Of a stretch of 64,000 bases of DNA, positions 10,257-20,299 are shown one piece after another. The stretch comes from Candidatus Moraniibacteriota bacterium. Its GTDB lineage: Bacteria; Patescibacteriota; Minisyncoccia; Moranbacterales; UBA2206. The DNA is taken from assembly GCA_037137555.1 (NCBI GenBank), contig JBAXKA010000001.1:1874-65873 (forward strand), given 5' to 3'. The position numbers were made by a program, and so were the translations under genes. A model generated the notes under the pieces. That model had not been told where the DNA came from and did not search any database. It saw only the letters and a list, made by a program, of their open reading frames with translations. Each line of letters starts with the position of its first letter. Position 1 is the stretch's first letter.

Positions 10257-11708
10257 ATGTCCACCAATGAAGTTGCTATCAGATTTAATGAAGTTTCTTT
10301 TGAATATTCCCGTGATAAAATCATTCTTGATGATGCTTCTTTTTCTTTGCGTCAAGGAGCAAAAGTAACTTTAATGGGACAAAATGGTGCTGGTAAAAGC
10401 ACGCTATTGGAAATGATCACAGGAGCATTAAAACCAAAATCAGGCACAATTCATGTCGCAAAAAATCTCACTATCGCCTATGCCAAGCAAGTTATTCCTC
10501 GTGACGAATTAGATCTTACGGTGAATGATTTTTTTGCTAAACGCTTTACGGAAAAAATTTATAATCTGACTCCGCGTATTGATAAAGTTTTAAATGTGGT
10601 TAATTTAAAAGCACCGCATGATCGAATTATCAAATCTTTTTCTGGCGGACAACAAGCTCGCTTGCTTCTTGCTTCAGCAATTATTTCTGATCCGGATTTA
10701 TTAATTCTTGATGAACCAACTAACAACCTTGATCCGGCTGGCATTGAGCATTTAACTCAATTTTTAATCAACTCCACAAAAACTTGCTTAGTCATTTCGC
10801 ATGATGCTGATTTTTTAAATTCTTTTACTGATGGCGTTCTCTATTTAGATATTTTTAATCACAAAACCCAACAATATCTCGGCGACTACTATTCTGTTGT
10901 GGAAGAAATTGCCGCGCAAATTGAAAAAGAAAAACGCAAAAATGCTCAATATGAAAAAGAAATTATTGCTAATAAAGAAAAGGCTAATTTTTTTGCAAAC
11001 AAGGGTGGAAAAATGCGACTTGTCGCCAGAAGAATGCGTGACAAGGCAGCGGAAATGGAAGAAGCCAAAGTAGATATTCGAAGAGAAGACAAAGCCATTC
11101 GTCCATTCGAAATACCTTGCCAAGCAGAATTGGGCGGAGAAGTTTTACATATCGATTCTGTTACGATTGTTAAAAATTATGAACCAACGGAAAAAACCGT
11201 CAATGTTTCATTGCGTAAAAATCAGCATCTACTTCTTTCCGGACCAAATGGTATTGGCAAAAGCACCCTACTCGAATCAATTGCCAAAGGAGAAACACTT
11301 AGTGCAAAAATTCTAACTGATGTTCGTGTCGGTTATTATCGCCAAGATTTTTCTACTCTTAATTTTGAAGATACGGTTTATGATTCCCTACTTTCGGTCA
11401 TGAAACTAAAAGACGAAGAAAAAATGCGTTCAGTTGCCTCAGGTTTTTTACTCACAAAAGAATGTGTCTATGCTAAAATCGGCAGTCTTTCTGAAGGTCA
11501 AAAAGGTCTCGTGGCTTTCGCCCAACTCGTTTTGCTTGAGCCGGGACTTTTAATTCTTGACGAGCCAACTAATCACATCAATTTTCGCCATTTACCTATT
11601 ATTGCTAAAGCCTTAGATGAATACACTGGTGCAATGGTGCTCGTTAGTCATGTGCCAGATTTTGTCGCCCAAATTAGAATCGATGAAGTACTTGATCTTG
11701 AAAGATAA
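10257..11708 (+). CDS. ABC ATPase with tandem nucleotide-binding domains (ABC-F-like, no TM domain)
   Basis: Two Walker A motifs (GQNGAGKST, GPNGIGKST), two LSGGQ/LSEGQ signatures, two Walker B (LILDEPTN), linked by a charged region. Confidence 0.8.
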   Translation: MSTNEVAIRFNEVSFEYSRDKIILDDASFSLRQGAKVTLMGQNGAGKSTLLEMITGALKPKSGTIHVAKNLTIAYAKQVIPRDELDLTVNDFFAKRFTEKIYNLTPRIDKVLNVVNLKAPHDRIIKSFSGGQQARLLLASAIISDPDLLILDEPTNNLDPAGIEHLTQFLINSTKTCLVISHDADFLNSFTDGVLYLDIFNHKTQQYLGDYYSVVEEIAAQIEKEKRKNAQYEKEIIANKEKANFFANKGGKMRLVARRMRDKAAEMEEAKVDIRREDKAIRPFEIPCQAELGGEVLHIDSVTIVKNYEPTEKTVNVSLRKNQHLLLSGPNGIGKSTLLESIAKGETLSAKILTDVRVGYYRQDFSTLNFEDTVYDSLLSVMKLKDEEKMRSVASGFLLTKECVYAKIGSLSEGQKGLVAFAQLVLLEPGLLILDEPTNHINFRHLPIIAKALDEYTGAMVLVSHVPDFVAQIRIDEVLDLER

Positions 11709-11744
11709 TTTATTTTATTTTAGTTTTAGTTTAATTTTTTATTT

Positions 11745-12869
11745 ATGGTCTTTTTGCAAATTACTTTTTTTCTCACACTTTTAGTTTTAACGCTTTTTGG
11801 TTCGCATTATTTTTTATATGCATCACTAATTAAATTTTTTCCTTTTTTACATAACTATAAAAAGCTTTTGTTTATTACGCTTTTTTTATTAGCTATTAGT
11901 TTTATTTTGACTTCAATTCTTGCGCATGTGCGTGAAGATTTGGCTACTCGTGCCAGCTATTTACTCTCTGGTTTTTGGCTTGGATTTTTGACCAATCTTG
12001 TTTTGGCTATTTTAATTATTAGTTTTCTTAATTGGCTATTTAAACTAGCTGGTATCAATTTTAATCTCTCACTTATTGCTCTGATTTCTTTTAGTTTAGC
12101 TTTTGTTTTTTCACTTTATGGAAGCTGGAATGCTTTTCAGCCAAGACTGAAAAATATTACAGTTACAATTCCTAATTTACCCGAAAATTGGCAAGACAAG
12201 AAAGTCGTGCAACTCGCAGATGTGCATTTAGGATTAATTTATCGCAAGGATTTTCTGCAAAATATTATTGACCAAATAAATCCCCTCAACCCCGAACTAG
12301 TACTTATTACTGGAGATTTTTTTGATGGCATGGATGGAAAGCTAGATCTTTTAATCTCACCATTAAATAATCTCAAAACTGCTCAAGGAACTTTTTTTGT
12401 CAACGGAAATCATGAAACATATTTGGGCACAGAAAAAACAATTGCCACGCTCGAAAAAAATAAAGTCCAAATTCTTAAAGATCAGGTTGTGGATATTTCC
12501 GGATTAAAACTAATTGGCATTGGTTATCCAGAACGAGATTTAAAAAAAGATATTATTATTACGCTACAAGAATTAAAATCCCAGTTTTTTGGCAAGCCAA
12601 ATATCTTGCTTTATCATTCCCCTACTAACATACACCAATTTGCAGAAAATGGTGTCAATTTACAACTTTCTGGCCACACCCATTTGGGACAAATTTTTCC
12701 TTTTAATCTTATCACGAAACTAATTTATCACGGCTATGATTATGGATTGCACACAATAAACAATTACACAATTTATATTAGTAGTGGTTTGGGTACATGG
12801 GGACCAGCTATGCGCACAAATAGCACTCCAGAAATTGTCGTAATCACATTAAAAAATAAAACCAACTAA
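11745..12869 (+). CDS. membrane-anchored calcineurin-like metallophosphoesterase
   Basis: N-terminal TM helices, then DVHLG, GDFFDG, GNHE, GHTH phosphoesterase motifs. Confidence 0.75.
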   Translation: MVFLQITFFLTLLVLTLFGSHYFLYASLIKFFPFLHNYKKLLFITLFLLAISFILTSILAHVREDLATRASYLLSGFWLGFLTNLVLAILIISFLNWLFKLAGINFNLSLIALISFSLAFVFSLYGSWNAFQPRLKNITVTIPNLPENWQDKKVVQLADVHLGLIYRKDFLQNIIDQINPLNPELVLITGDFFDGMDGKLDLLISPLNNLKTAQGTFFVNGNHETYLGTEKTIATLEKNKVQILKDQVVDISGLKLIGIGYPERDLKKDIIITLQELKSQFFGKPNILLYHSPTNIHQFAENGVNLQLSGHTHLGQIFPFNLITKLIYHGYDYGLHTINNYTIYISSGLGTWGPAMRTNSTPEIVVITLKNKTN

Positions 12870-12883
12870 ACAGGAGGTGTAAA

Positions 12884-13339
12884 ATGAAAAAAATTGTTCT
12901 TTGCATTATTATTCGGCACAGAGAGATTTTGCTTTTGGAATATGAACGGGGATCGCTTATGCTCCCAGGCGGACATATTGAAAAAGAAGAAACTCCAAGT
13001 ATCGCCGCCAGGAGAGAAATTCATGAAGAGCTGGGACTGAAAAATCAGCCCGTTCAAGTCATTGAACTTAAAGATTGGGGAAAGATAAAAGAATACGAAA
13101 AAGTAAGTTATCATCTTTATCTCGCTCATCTGGACAGTTTCGGAAAAGAATTTCAAATGTCTCCTCAAAAAGAAGAAGGCATAAAAAGTTTCATCTGGGT
13201 TAATCCATGGGAATTATTTAGCTCTTGGGAATCCGATGGATTTTGGCGGAATATAAAAATAAGAAATAAGATGACTGAGATCGCCAAAGAAGCCATCGAG
13301 CTTTTTATCAGCCAGCCCATTATTAAAATCATGGTCTAG
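12884..13339 (+). CDS. NUDIX hydrolase
   Basis: Nudix box GGHIEKEETPSIAARREIHEELG. Strong RBS AGGAGG upstream. Locally higher GC than the flanks. Confidence 0.7.
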   Translation: MKKIVLCIIIRHREILLLEYERGSLMLPGGHIEKEETPSIAARREIHEELGLKNQPVQVIELKDWGKIKEYEKVSYHLYLAHLDSFGKEFQMSPQKEEGIKSFIWVNPWELFSSWESDGFWRNIKIRNKMTEIAKEAIELFISQPIIKIMV

Positions 13340-13373
13340 GAAGAGGAGAGATCTATGATAAAAAAACAAAAAA

Positions 13374-13410
13374 ACCGGCCAAAGCTAAACATAGCTTTGT
13401 CGGTTTTATT
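13374..13410 (+). terminator. rho-independent terminator after the NUDIX gene
   Basis: Hairpin CCGGCCAAAGCTA-aaca-TAGCTTTGTCGG followed by a T-run. Confidence 0.6.
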
Positions 13411-13427
13411 TTTTTTAAAAATTTCTT

Positions 13428-14270
13428 GTCATAAAAATATAGCTATGTCATAGTAGCGTTTTCTAGAAATGTCATACCTGCTAAGATATTGAGTTAATCA
13501 TTAAGCTCAATATCAATGTGATCAAAAGCGGAACACAAGGAATTATCCACAAACTAAGAAATAAGACGGGCAACAATAAATTAGAAAATAAACTTTTGGA
13601 AAAAGCCAAAAAACTGCTTAAAAAAAGTATTCTGATTTCGGTCCAACATTAGCAACAGAGAAACTAATGGAACTGAATAAAATCAATTTGGGCGTAACGA
13701 CAATTCGCGAGTTAATGATCGAAGAAAAATATTGGAAACCAAAAGTGAGAAAACAAAATCAAGTCCATAAAGTATATTCCTAATTTCAATCAAAGGTTTG
13801 CAGTTATTCCTACCAAAAAAACTGATTTGCACAAACCACTAACCAAAAATGAAAAAGAAAACCTAGCTAAAATATTTTCCATTCAGTCTAAGCGATAAGT
13901 TAAAAATGATTTCACTATTCAATTTAAAAACACATAGTATCAATTAAAAGAAATTCAACTCACAACCGTTTATCGCAGAGATGAAATTTTGATTGAAGAA
14001 AGATTAGACAATTCGATTCATCTAAGCAAAAAAGCTCAGTATCTTAATTTTGAAAAGTTACCCCAAAGACCTGAAAAAGTTAAAATGAAACTGCTGGCTA
14101 TTACTCCACAAAAAACTTCATGAATACCACCGATCAATCATCCTTGGAGAGTGAGAATGGCAGCTCAATTTAAGCAAAAACAATTAGCCCATAATTCTCT
14201 TGTTTCGCAAGTATGACATTTTAAAAAAACGCGGGGGTATGACATTTCTATATAATTTTGACATACGGAA
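13428..14270 (+). mobile_element. degraded IS element (ISNCY/ISPlu15-like transposase remnant) with terminal inverted repeats
   Basis: A frame-broken translation gives FGPTLATEKLMELNKINLGVTTIRELMIEEKYWKPKVRKQNQVHK, which resembles the N-terminal part of ISNCY-family transposases; several stops and frameshifts follow. Ends: ...TAGAAATGTCATACC (13466-13480) and GGTATGACATTTCTA (14237-14251) are perfect inverted 15-mers. Confidence 0.55.
13495..13800 (+). pseudogene. transposase pseudogene fragment (ISNCY-like N-terminal region)
   Basis: Same evidence as the mobile element above. No intact ORF longer than about 40 codons. Confidence 0.5.
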
Positions 14271-14375
14271 CTAATTATTGACAATTTCTTATATATAATC
14301 TATCCTGATTTCCATTAGCATTTGTATGCTAATAATTGTTCATTAACATTTTTGATATCGAAAGGAAAGCCCACT

Positions 14376-16013
14376 ATGAGAAAAACTATTTTTGGCACGA
14401 TTCTAATTTGTTTTTTGTCTTTATTATTTGTTGGTTCGTTAATGGCAACCGCTCCCCCAGTATTTATTTTGGGGAATATTTTAGTTGATATTCGAGAAAA
14501 TACTTGCAGACCAATTCATGGTCTGGGCATATCTGGACTGGAATATGGGATTCCGCATGTTGATAATCTCATATGTCCGGCAAGATACCCTGGAACAGCG
14601 GGTACTGATTATTTTGTTCCGAGCTCATCACAGTTTCAATCTGCCAAAAGCCTCGGATCCAGAGTGGTCAGACTGCCCTTTGATCTCGGACGCTTAGTCC
14701 CAGGCTCATTGAACATAAATTATGTCCCTGGCAAGGACATTGTGTTCGATCAGGTTTACCTGGGATATTTAAGACAATGCCTAGGGATGGCACAAGATTA
14801 CGATCAACTGCTAATCCTGGACATGCATAATTATCTATACTACATTGATGATTATGCGAAAAAAATATTCTTGATTAATGATTCATTGATTCATCGAGAA
14901 CTATTAAATCAAACATGGACACAGCTCGTGCAGGAGTTTGCAAATAGTCCTGCATTGTTTGGTTATGAAATTATGAACGAACCAAATAAAACCTCCCATG
15001 AATCAAATTGGCTGTCTATTGCCCAATCGGCAATAAATAGAATCAGAGAGGTTGATTCTGACCACTTTGTTTTCGTCAACGGAAAAACATTCAGCAGTGC
15101 TGGCGGATGGCTGAATGCTGAAAATGACAATCTGGAAAAATTAACCGATACAGCAAGCAAACTGGTTTTTACTCCCCATCTATATGCCGATTCCAATTAT
15201 AATGGAAAATACGATGGGGAGATAGACGATTATCCACCAGACGGGTGGAAAAGCGAACTCTATCGATTGGCCTGGGGCGCAATTAAATGGTCACGGGAAT
15301 ACAACAAGCCACTACTTTTTGGCGAAGTTGGCTTCCTGACAAAAACTGATGCGTGGGATATTGTTTTCAAAGAACTCCTGCGTGAATATTTAATGCTTCA
15401 TAATGTAGGAATAATTCTGTGGGCATTAGAACCAGAAGATATTCCTCATCAAGATACATACATTCTTGGCGAGAGCAAGGCCATCGCCAAAACATTTGCA
15501 GAATACTCCACCAAAAAAATAAACTTTCAAAATAGAAATGGTGGGGATTACATTTTCCACAATAACCTCCAAAATGGTTACCAGGTTTATGCCTGGGAAG
15601 GAGTGGCGTCTAGAATACTAGAAGCTGGTGGCTTGGACAATAGTCCAAGTCTAAGCATACACTTCAATGGCAATTGGAGTGATGGCTTTGACATAGCCAG
15701 CAAAAATATCAAAGATGAACACTCTGACTTTGATATTAGAGGCTCCTTGAATGTTTCCTTTTATTACAAAGGGGAAGCGAGTCTCCGAACGAGTTTTTGT
15801 GACGAAAGCATTTCTGGTTGTGGACAAATCATTGTTACACCCAGACAAGCAGAACTCACAAAGATAGAAATTCCAATCACACAACAAATGCTCCCATCTA
15901 GTGGCAAATTTGATCGCATCAAATTTCAAACTGGCGATGGAGCTTTTGTCGGGGATATTATCCTCGATGAAATAATATTAACACCCTGCATTCAAAAAAG
16001 AACGCAGGGTTGA
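14376..16013 (+). CDS. secreted glycoside hydrolase family 5 (cellulase/mannanase-like)
   Basis: Signal peptide/TM (MRKTIFGTILICFLSLLFVGSLMA). The GH5 catalytic acid/base motif FGYEIMNEP and the nucleophile region (FGEVG). Start moved to the Met at 14376, which has a good RBS. Higher GC than the genome background. Confidence 0.8.
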   Translation: MRKTIFGTILICFLSLLFVGSLMATAPPVFILGNILVDIRENTCRPIHGLGISGLEYGIPHVDNLICPARYPGTAGTDYFVPSSSQFQSAKSLGSRVVRLPFDLGRLVPGSLNINYVPGKDIVFDQVYLGYLRQCLGMAQDYDQLLILDMHNYLYYIDDYAKKIFLINDSLIHRELLNQTWTQLVQEFANSPALFGYEIMNEPNKTSHESNWLSIAQSAINRIREVDSDHFVFVNGKTFSSAGGWLNAENDNLEKLTDTASKLVFTPHLYADSNYNGKYDGEIDDYPPDGWKSELYRLAWGAIKWSREYNKPLLFGEVGFLTKTDAWDIVFKELLREYLMLHNVGIILWALEPEDIPHQDTYILGESKAIAKTFAEYSTKKINFQNRNGGDYIFHNNLQNGYQVYAWEGVASRILEAGGLDNSPSLSIHFNGNWSDGFDIASKNIKDEHSDFDIRGSLNVSFYYKGEASLRTSFCDESISGCGQIIVTPRQAELTKIEIPITQQMLPSSGKFDRIKFQTGDGAFVGDIILDEIILTPCIQKRTQG

Positions 16014-16118
16014 TAAAGAAACAATCCCGAAGTGTATATTTTATACTTCGGGATTTTTAATTATTTAAACTCGTTTGTTTCTAGCATAAAGTTTATTTCC
16101 TGAGTTATTAAAAAATAT

Positions 16119-17123
16119 TTAATCCGCTATTAAATTCTTAATAATTTTCACCATAATTTCTTTTTCTTTTGGATCACTTTCTGCGACAAGAAGCGCGAGC
16201 GCCGTGAGAGCATTATCATTAATCTTTCTCTCACCGCTCATACGATAGAGATAATCCGACTTGTCTAGAAAATATACGAACAAAAATGCACCTGAGCGTT
16301 TATTGCCATCAGAAAATGGATGGTCTTTGATCGTGAAATATAAGAGATGTGCCGCTCGATCTTCGATTGTTGGATAGAGTTCTTTTTTGCCAAAAGTTTG
16401 ATAAAGTCCCTTGACAATTCCCTCAAAACTCCCGCCTCTTGCTTGCCCAAATAAATCGCTAGCTTCTTTTTTATTAACTAGCTCTTTTTTCAATTCCAAA
16501 ATTACTTGCAAGCATTTTTTATAGGATAGCACAAATTTAGTTTTTCCGCCCCTCATTTCTTTCAAACTCCCTTTGTCATATTGTTCGAGCATTGTCAATG
16601 TTTTAGCATAAGCAGAAAGTAAATTCAAAATCTCACCAGATTGTCCTGCCAGCAATTCTTTTTTTGACTTTTTTTGCAAAAAATCAATGGTCATTTTTAG
16701 TTCATTGAATTTTTCTTGTGCTTCCATGAGGCGTTTTTCATTAATGACATAGCCTTGTAGCAAATATTTTCTTAAAACATTTGTCGCCCATTTTCTAAAA
16801 TGAATAGCTCTTGCAGAATTTGTCCTGTAGCCCACCGCTAAGATAACATCCAAACCATAAAACATCACTGGTTTATCAGAATTTGCAATGTGCAAAAAAT
16901 GCACATTACTTTTTTCGTCTATTTCTTTGTCGGAAAAAATTGCTTTAATGTGCTTAGCAATGACAGATCTTTCTTTTCCAAACAAAGTTGCAATTTCTCT
17001 TTGTCTAAGCCAGATAGCCTCCTCTTTAAATTGCACTTCCAACTCAACCTCATTTTTCGTGGTTTTATAGATAATAATTTCACCTCTATTGAATTCGTCT
17101 TTTTTTATTGTAGTTTTTTTCAT
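16119..17123 (-). CDS. RhuM-family N-terminal domain fused to a Fic/Doc (Fido) domain protein
   Basis: N-terminus GEIIIYKTTKNEVELEVQFKEEAIWLRQREIATLFGKERSVIAKHIKAIF (RhuM-like). C-terminal Fic motif HPFSDGNKRSGAFL, i.e. HPFx[DE]GN[G>K]R. Confidence 0.7.
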   Translation of the reverse strand: MKKTTIKKDEFNRGEIIIYKTTKNEVELEVQFKEEAIWLRQREIATLFGKERSVIAKHIKAIFSDKEIDEKSNVHFLHIANSDKPVMFYGLDVILAVGYRTNSARAIHFRKWATNVLRKYLLQGYVINEKRLMEAQEKFNELKMTIDFLQKKSKKELLAGQSGEILNLLSAYAKTLTMLEQYDKGSLKEMRGGKTKFVLSYKKCLQVILELKKELVNKKEASDLFGQARGGSFEGIVKGLYQTFGKKELYPTIEDRAAHLLYFTIKDHPFSDGNKRSGAFLFVYFLDKSDYLYRMSGERKINDNALTALALLVAESDPKEKEIMVKIIKNLIAD

Positions 17124-17143
17124 AAAATTTATTTTCTAATCAT

Positions 17144-18256
17144 CTAATTATTTGAACTAGTCTGCTTAGAAATATTTAAAAGCACACCGATTCCCGCCAT
17201 CAGAAAAATAAGAGATGTTCCGCCATAGCTAATAAACGGTAATGGAATTCCTGTGAGTGGAATAATTCCAGAAATGGCTGAAATATTAATGAGGGCTTGA
17301 AAAGTTATCCAGCAAGTAATGCCCACTGCGGTAAGTTGCGAAAAACGATCTGGTGCATTTTTGGCAATCCGAAAACCGATCATGGCAAGAGCTAAAAATA
17401 AAAAAACTAAAATTAAAACTCCGATCAGTCCCAATTCTTCTCCGATAATGGCAAAAATAGAATCGCCGACTGGTTCTGGCAAATAATTAAATTTTTGCAT
17501 GCTATGCCCCAATCCTACTCCAAAAATTCCACCTGAACCAATAGCCAGAAGTGCTTGATTAATTTGATAGCCAATTCCTCGCGGATCTAATTCGGGATGC
17601 AAAAAAACTAAAAATCGATCCATACGATAAGATTCAAATTTAATTAGCAGTGCAAGTGCCGCGAAACCAGAACCAGCAATCATAAACATATGGGAAAGTC
17701 TGGCACCGGAAATAAAAAAAATCGACATAGCAATAAAAATAATCACACCAAGCGTTCCCATGTCCGGTTGTTTTTCCAAAAGAAAACTAACCACACCAAC
17801 CACTGCTAAAAATGGCAACAAACCTTCATAGAAATCCTTCACTTTTTCCGCGCGACTTTCCAGCCAAGCTGACAGATAAATAATAATTGCTAATTTTAGC
17901 ATTTCTGAGGGCTGAAAAGAAAACGGACCAAGTTGCAACCAACGACTCGCACCATAAACTTTGGAGCCGACACCTGGTACAAAAACTAAAATAAGCAAAA
18001 AAATACTCAGAATAAAAAAAGGAAAAGCAATTTTTCTCCAAAAATTATAATTGATTTTTTGAGTTACATATAAAATAAATAATCCTGGCAAAACTCCATA
18101 AAATAATTGATGCTTAAAAAAATAATAAGAATCACCAAAGCGACTACGCGAATAAGCGATGCCAGCCGAAGCAATCATTGCCAAACCAAAAATAACTAAC
18201 AGTGAAGTTATAAATAATAAGTTTTTATTTATTTCATGTTCTTTATATTTTGTCAT
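17144..18256 (-). CDS. SEDS-family peptidoglycan glycosyltransferase (RodA/FtsW)
   Basis: Ten TM helices and the conserved SEDS motifs (PSE, GHSMQKFNYLPEPVGDSIFAIIGEELG). Confidence 0.85.
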   Translation of the reverse strand: MTKYKEHEINKNLLFITSLLVIFGLAMIASAGIAYSRSRFGDSYYFFKHQLFYGVLPGLFILYVTQKINYNFWRKIAFPFFILSIFLLILVFVPGVGSKVYGASRWLQLGPFSFQPSEMLKLAIIIYLSAWLESRAEKVKDFYEGLLPFLAVVGVVSFLLEKQPDMGTLGVIIFIAMSIFFISGARLSHMFMIAGSGFAALALLIKFESYRMDRFLVFLHPELDPRGIGYQINQALLAIGSGGIFGVGLGHSMQKFNYLPEPVGDSIFAIIGEELGLIGVLILVFLFLALAMIGFRIAKNAPDRFSQLTAVGITCWITFQALINISAISGIIPLTGIPLPFISYGGTSLIFLMAGIGVLLNISKQTSSNN

Positions 18257-18905
18257 TTTTTTCTCGCCATTTTTTTATTTCATTATGATTTCCGCTCATA
18301 AGCACTGCTGGCACTGGCCAATTATTAAATTCTTGCGGTTTGCTATATTGTGGATGTTCTTTGTAGTTTTTAATTTTATGGGATTCATTTTTAGCGCTTT
18401 CAGCATTTCCCAATACTCCAGGCAAAAGTCGTGCAACAGAATCAACAATAATTAACGCGGGAATTTCTCCGCCCGTAAGCACATAATCTCCAATAGAAAT
18501 TTCCTCATCAGCAATATTTTTTGCCACTCGCTCATCTACGCCTTCATAGCGTCCACAAATCAAAACCAAATTAGTATATTTTGCCAACCGCTCTGCTGTT
18601 CTTTGTGTATATTTTTTGCCCTTAGCTGAAAAAAGAATTATTCGTGTATTAGCTTTATTTTGTTTTTTAGTAATTATTTTTTTTATTTTCTCAACACAAG
18701 CATAAATCGGCTGAACTTGAAGCACCATTCCTGCTCCTCCGCCATATGGCGTATCATCAACCTTACCATTTTTATCGTCCGTATAATCTCGCAAATTATG
18801 CGTAAAAATTTCAATAAATTTATTTTTTTGAGCACGCCCAATAATTGATTCTTGCAAATAAGAATTTAAAATTTGAGGAAAAATTGTGATGATGTCGAAA
18901 CGCAT
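18243..18905 (-). CDS. trmD: tRNA (guanine37-N1)-methyltransferase TrmD
   Basis: MRFDIITIFPQIL start, SPOUT knot motifs (LICGRYEGVDERV, YVLTGGEIPALIIVDSVARLLPGVLGN). Confidence 0.9.
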   Translation of the reverse strand: MRFDIITIFPQILNSYLQESIIGRAQKNKFIEIFTHNLRDYTDDKNGKVDDTPYGGGAGMVLQVQPIYACVEKIKKIITKKQNKANTRIILFSAKGKKYTQRTAERLAKYTNLVLICGRYEGVDERVAKNIADEEISIGDYVLTGGEIPALIIVDSVARLLPGVLGNAESAKNESHKIKNYKEHPQYSKPQEFNNWPVPAVLMSGNHNEIKKWREKNDKI

Positions 18906-18925
18906 ATTTTTTGGTGATTATTTTC
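18875..18925. repeat. 51-bp direct repeat, copy 1 (contains the authentic trmD start codon and first 11 codons plus 7 bp upstream)
   Basis: GAGGAAAAATTGTGATGATGTCGAAACGCATATTTTTTGGTGATTATTTTC is identical to 21690-21740. Confidence 0.9.
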
Positions 18926-20000
18926 CAGATTTAGTTCGATTACAATTCTTACAAAGCATCTGGCAATTTTTTGAAATTGTTTTTCCGCCTTCGTGCCAAG
19001 GTGTGATATGATCAGCTTCCATTTCTTCTGTTTCAAAATGTTCTTTGCATTTTATGCAAATGCCTTTTTGTTTTTCATAAATTTCCCTTTTTTGTTTATC
19101 TGCAAAAGCACGGATATTTAAATATTTTTCATTTCTTGTCAGAACATAAGGATAAATTCCAGATTTTTTTGTTACATCTTCATCTTGCATTAGTTTTGTG
19201 ATTTCTTCTTCTAATTTTTCAAAATCAACTTCTTGATCTTTGAATCGATTGTATAAATTCCCAAAAGAAACGCCTTTCATTTCTTTGCGATAATTGGGAA
19301 AAACAGCTTTAATCCAATTTATTATGCTTTGAAAATAGAGCCACAACTCATTGGCGTTTGGCTTGTGCTGATTTTCTGCCATATACTGCTCAATGTTTTC
19401 ATCACTAATCCACGAAATAGCCGTTTCTAAATATTCTTGACGAATACTAGAACCATTTAAATAATCACTTCCAATACCATAGGCAGGGCAACCAGATTTA
19501 CTAAAATATCTTTTGGCATCAGTTAACCAAGTGCCAGTATAAATTGCATTTCGCAATTCTTGATCAGTTAATTTTTCACCAGCGATATTAATTGTTTTAA
19601 ACCAATCTAGTTTTTCCTTATCATTTCCCTCGCAAAAATAAACCATAAGTTTATAATTCAAAATTTGCTCTTGCTCTATGTCGGTAAGATTGTGAAAAGA
19701 TAAGTTATTTAGAAAAAAATTGCCTACCACATATTCGCAAATACTAATTGTGCGTTGTTGTCCGTCCAAAACTTCAAAAGTTCCATCTTCATTTTTCACC
19801 CAATACATTACATTTAATGGAAAACTTTTTTGCACAGTTTCAATCACTAAATCTCTTTGCTTATCCTTATACACAAATTCTCTTTGATATTTTGGACGGA
19901 TATTTAGTTTTCCACTATAGCCAACCACACCTTCTTCATCATTATTAGCATACGCATCAACAATTTCTCTGATTGCGATTTCTTGTAGTTTAATTTTCAT
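18918..20000 (-). CDS. DUF262 (ParB/GmrSD N-terminal-like, DGQQR motif) domain fused to a C-terminal HNH endonuclease domain
   Basis: LDGQQRTISI motif. C-terminus CIKCKEHFETEEMEADHITPWHEGGKTISKNCQMLCKNCNRTKSGK is an HNH/zinc-finger nuclease motif. Confidence 0.75.
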   Translation of the reverse strand: MKIKLQEIAIREIVDAYANNDEEGVVGYSGKLNIRPKYQREFVYKDKQRDLVIETVQKSFPLNVMYWVKNEDGTFEVLDGQQRTISICEYVVGNFFLNNLSFHNLTDIEQEQILNYKLMVYFCEGNDKEKLDWFKTINIAGEKLTDQELRNAIYTGTWLTDAKRYFSKSGCPAYGIGSDYLNGSSIRQEYLETAISWISDENIEQYMAENQHKPNANELWLYFQSIINWIKAVFPNYRKEMKGVSFGNLYNRFKDQEVDFEKLEEEITKLMQDEDVTKKSGIYPYVLTRNEKYLNIRAFADKQKREIYEKQKGICIKCKEHFETEEMEADHITPWHEGGKTISKNCQMLCKNCNRTKSGK

Positions 20001-20011
20001 AAATAGTATAA

Positions 20012-20299
20012 TTAAAAGTTATTTTTTCTAGCCAATTCTGGTAATTTTTCAAATTGATTATGTATCAACGCTTCTTTTTTTTCTCTTCTCCAACCTTGCA
20101 CTTGCTTTTCTCGATAAAATGCTTCATCAATTCTAGCATATTCTTCAAAATAAACTAATTTAACTGGCAATCTCTTTTTTGTGTGATTTGCACCTTTTCC
20201 TGATTGATGTTGAGCCAAACGAAATTCCAAATCTTTTGTACTTCCAGTGTAGTAACTACCATCAGCACATTCTAAAATATACATGTATCCTTTACTCAT
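20012..20299 (-). CDS. GIY-YIG nuclease family protein (short, about 95 aa)
   Basis: [31 protein letters not shown]...QGWRREKK. Start set at MSKGYMYIL (20299). The longer 151-aa ORF reads through the repeat array and is an artefact. Confidence 0.75.
   Translation of the reverse strand: MSKGYMYILECADGSYYTGSTKDLEFRLAQHQSGKGANHTKKRLPVKLVYFEEYARIDEAFYREKQVQGWRREKKEALIHNQFEKLPELARKNNF

Noticed and set aside
12866-13168. 100-aa minus-strand ORF overlapping the NUDIX gene.
   Set aside because: It is antisense to a gene with an intact Nudix box and a strong RBS, and it has no motif.
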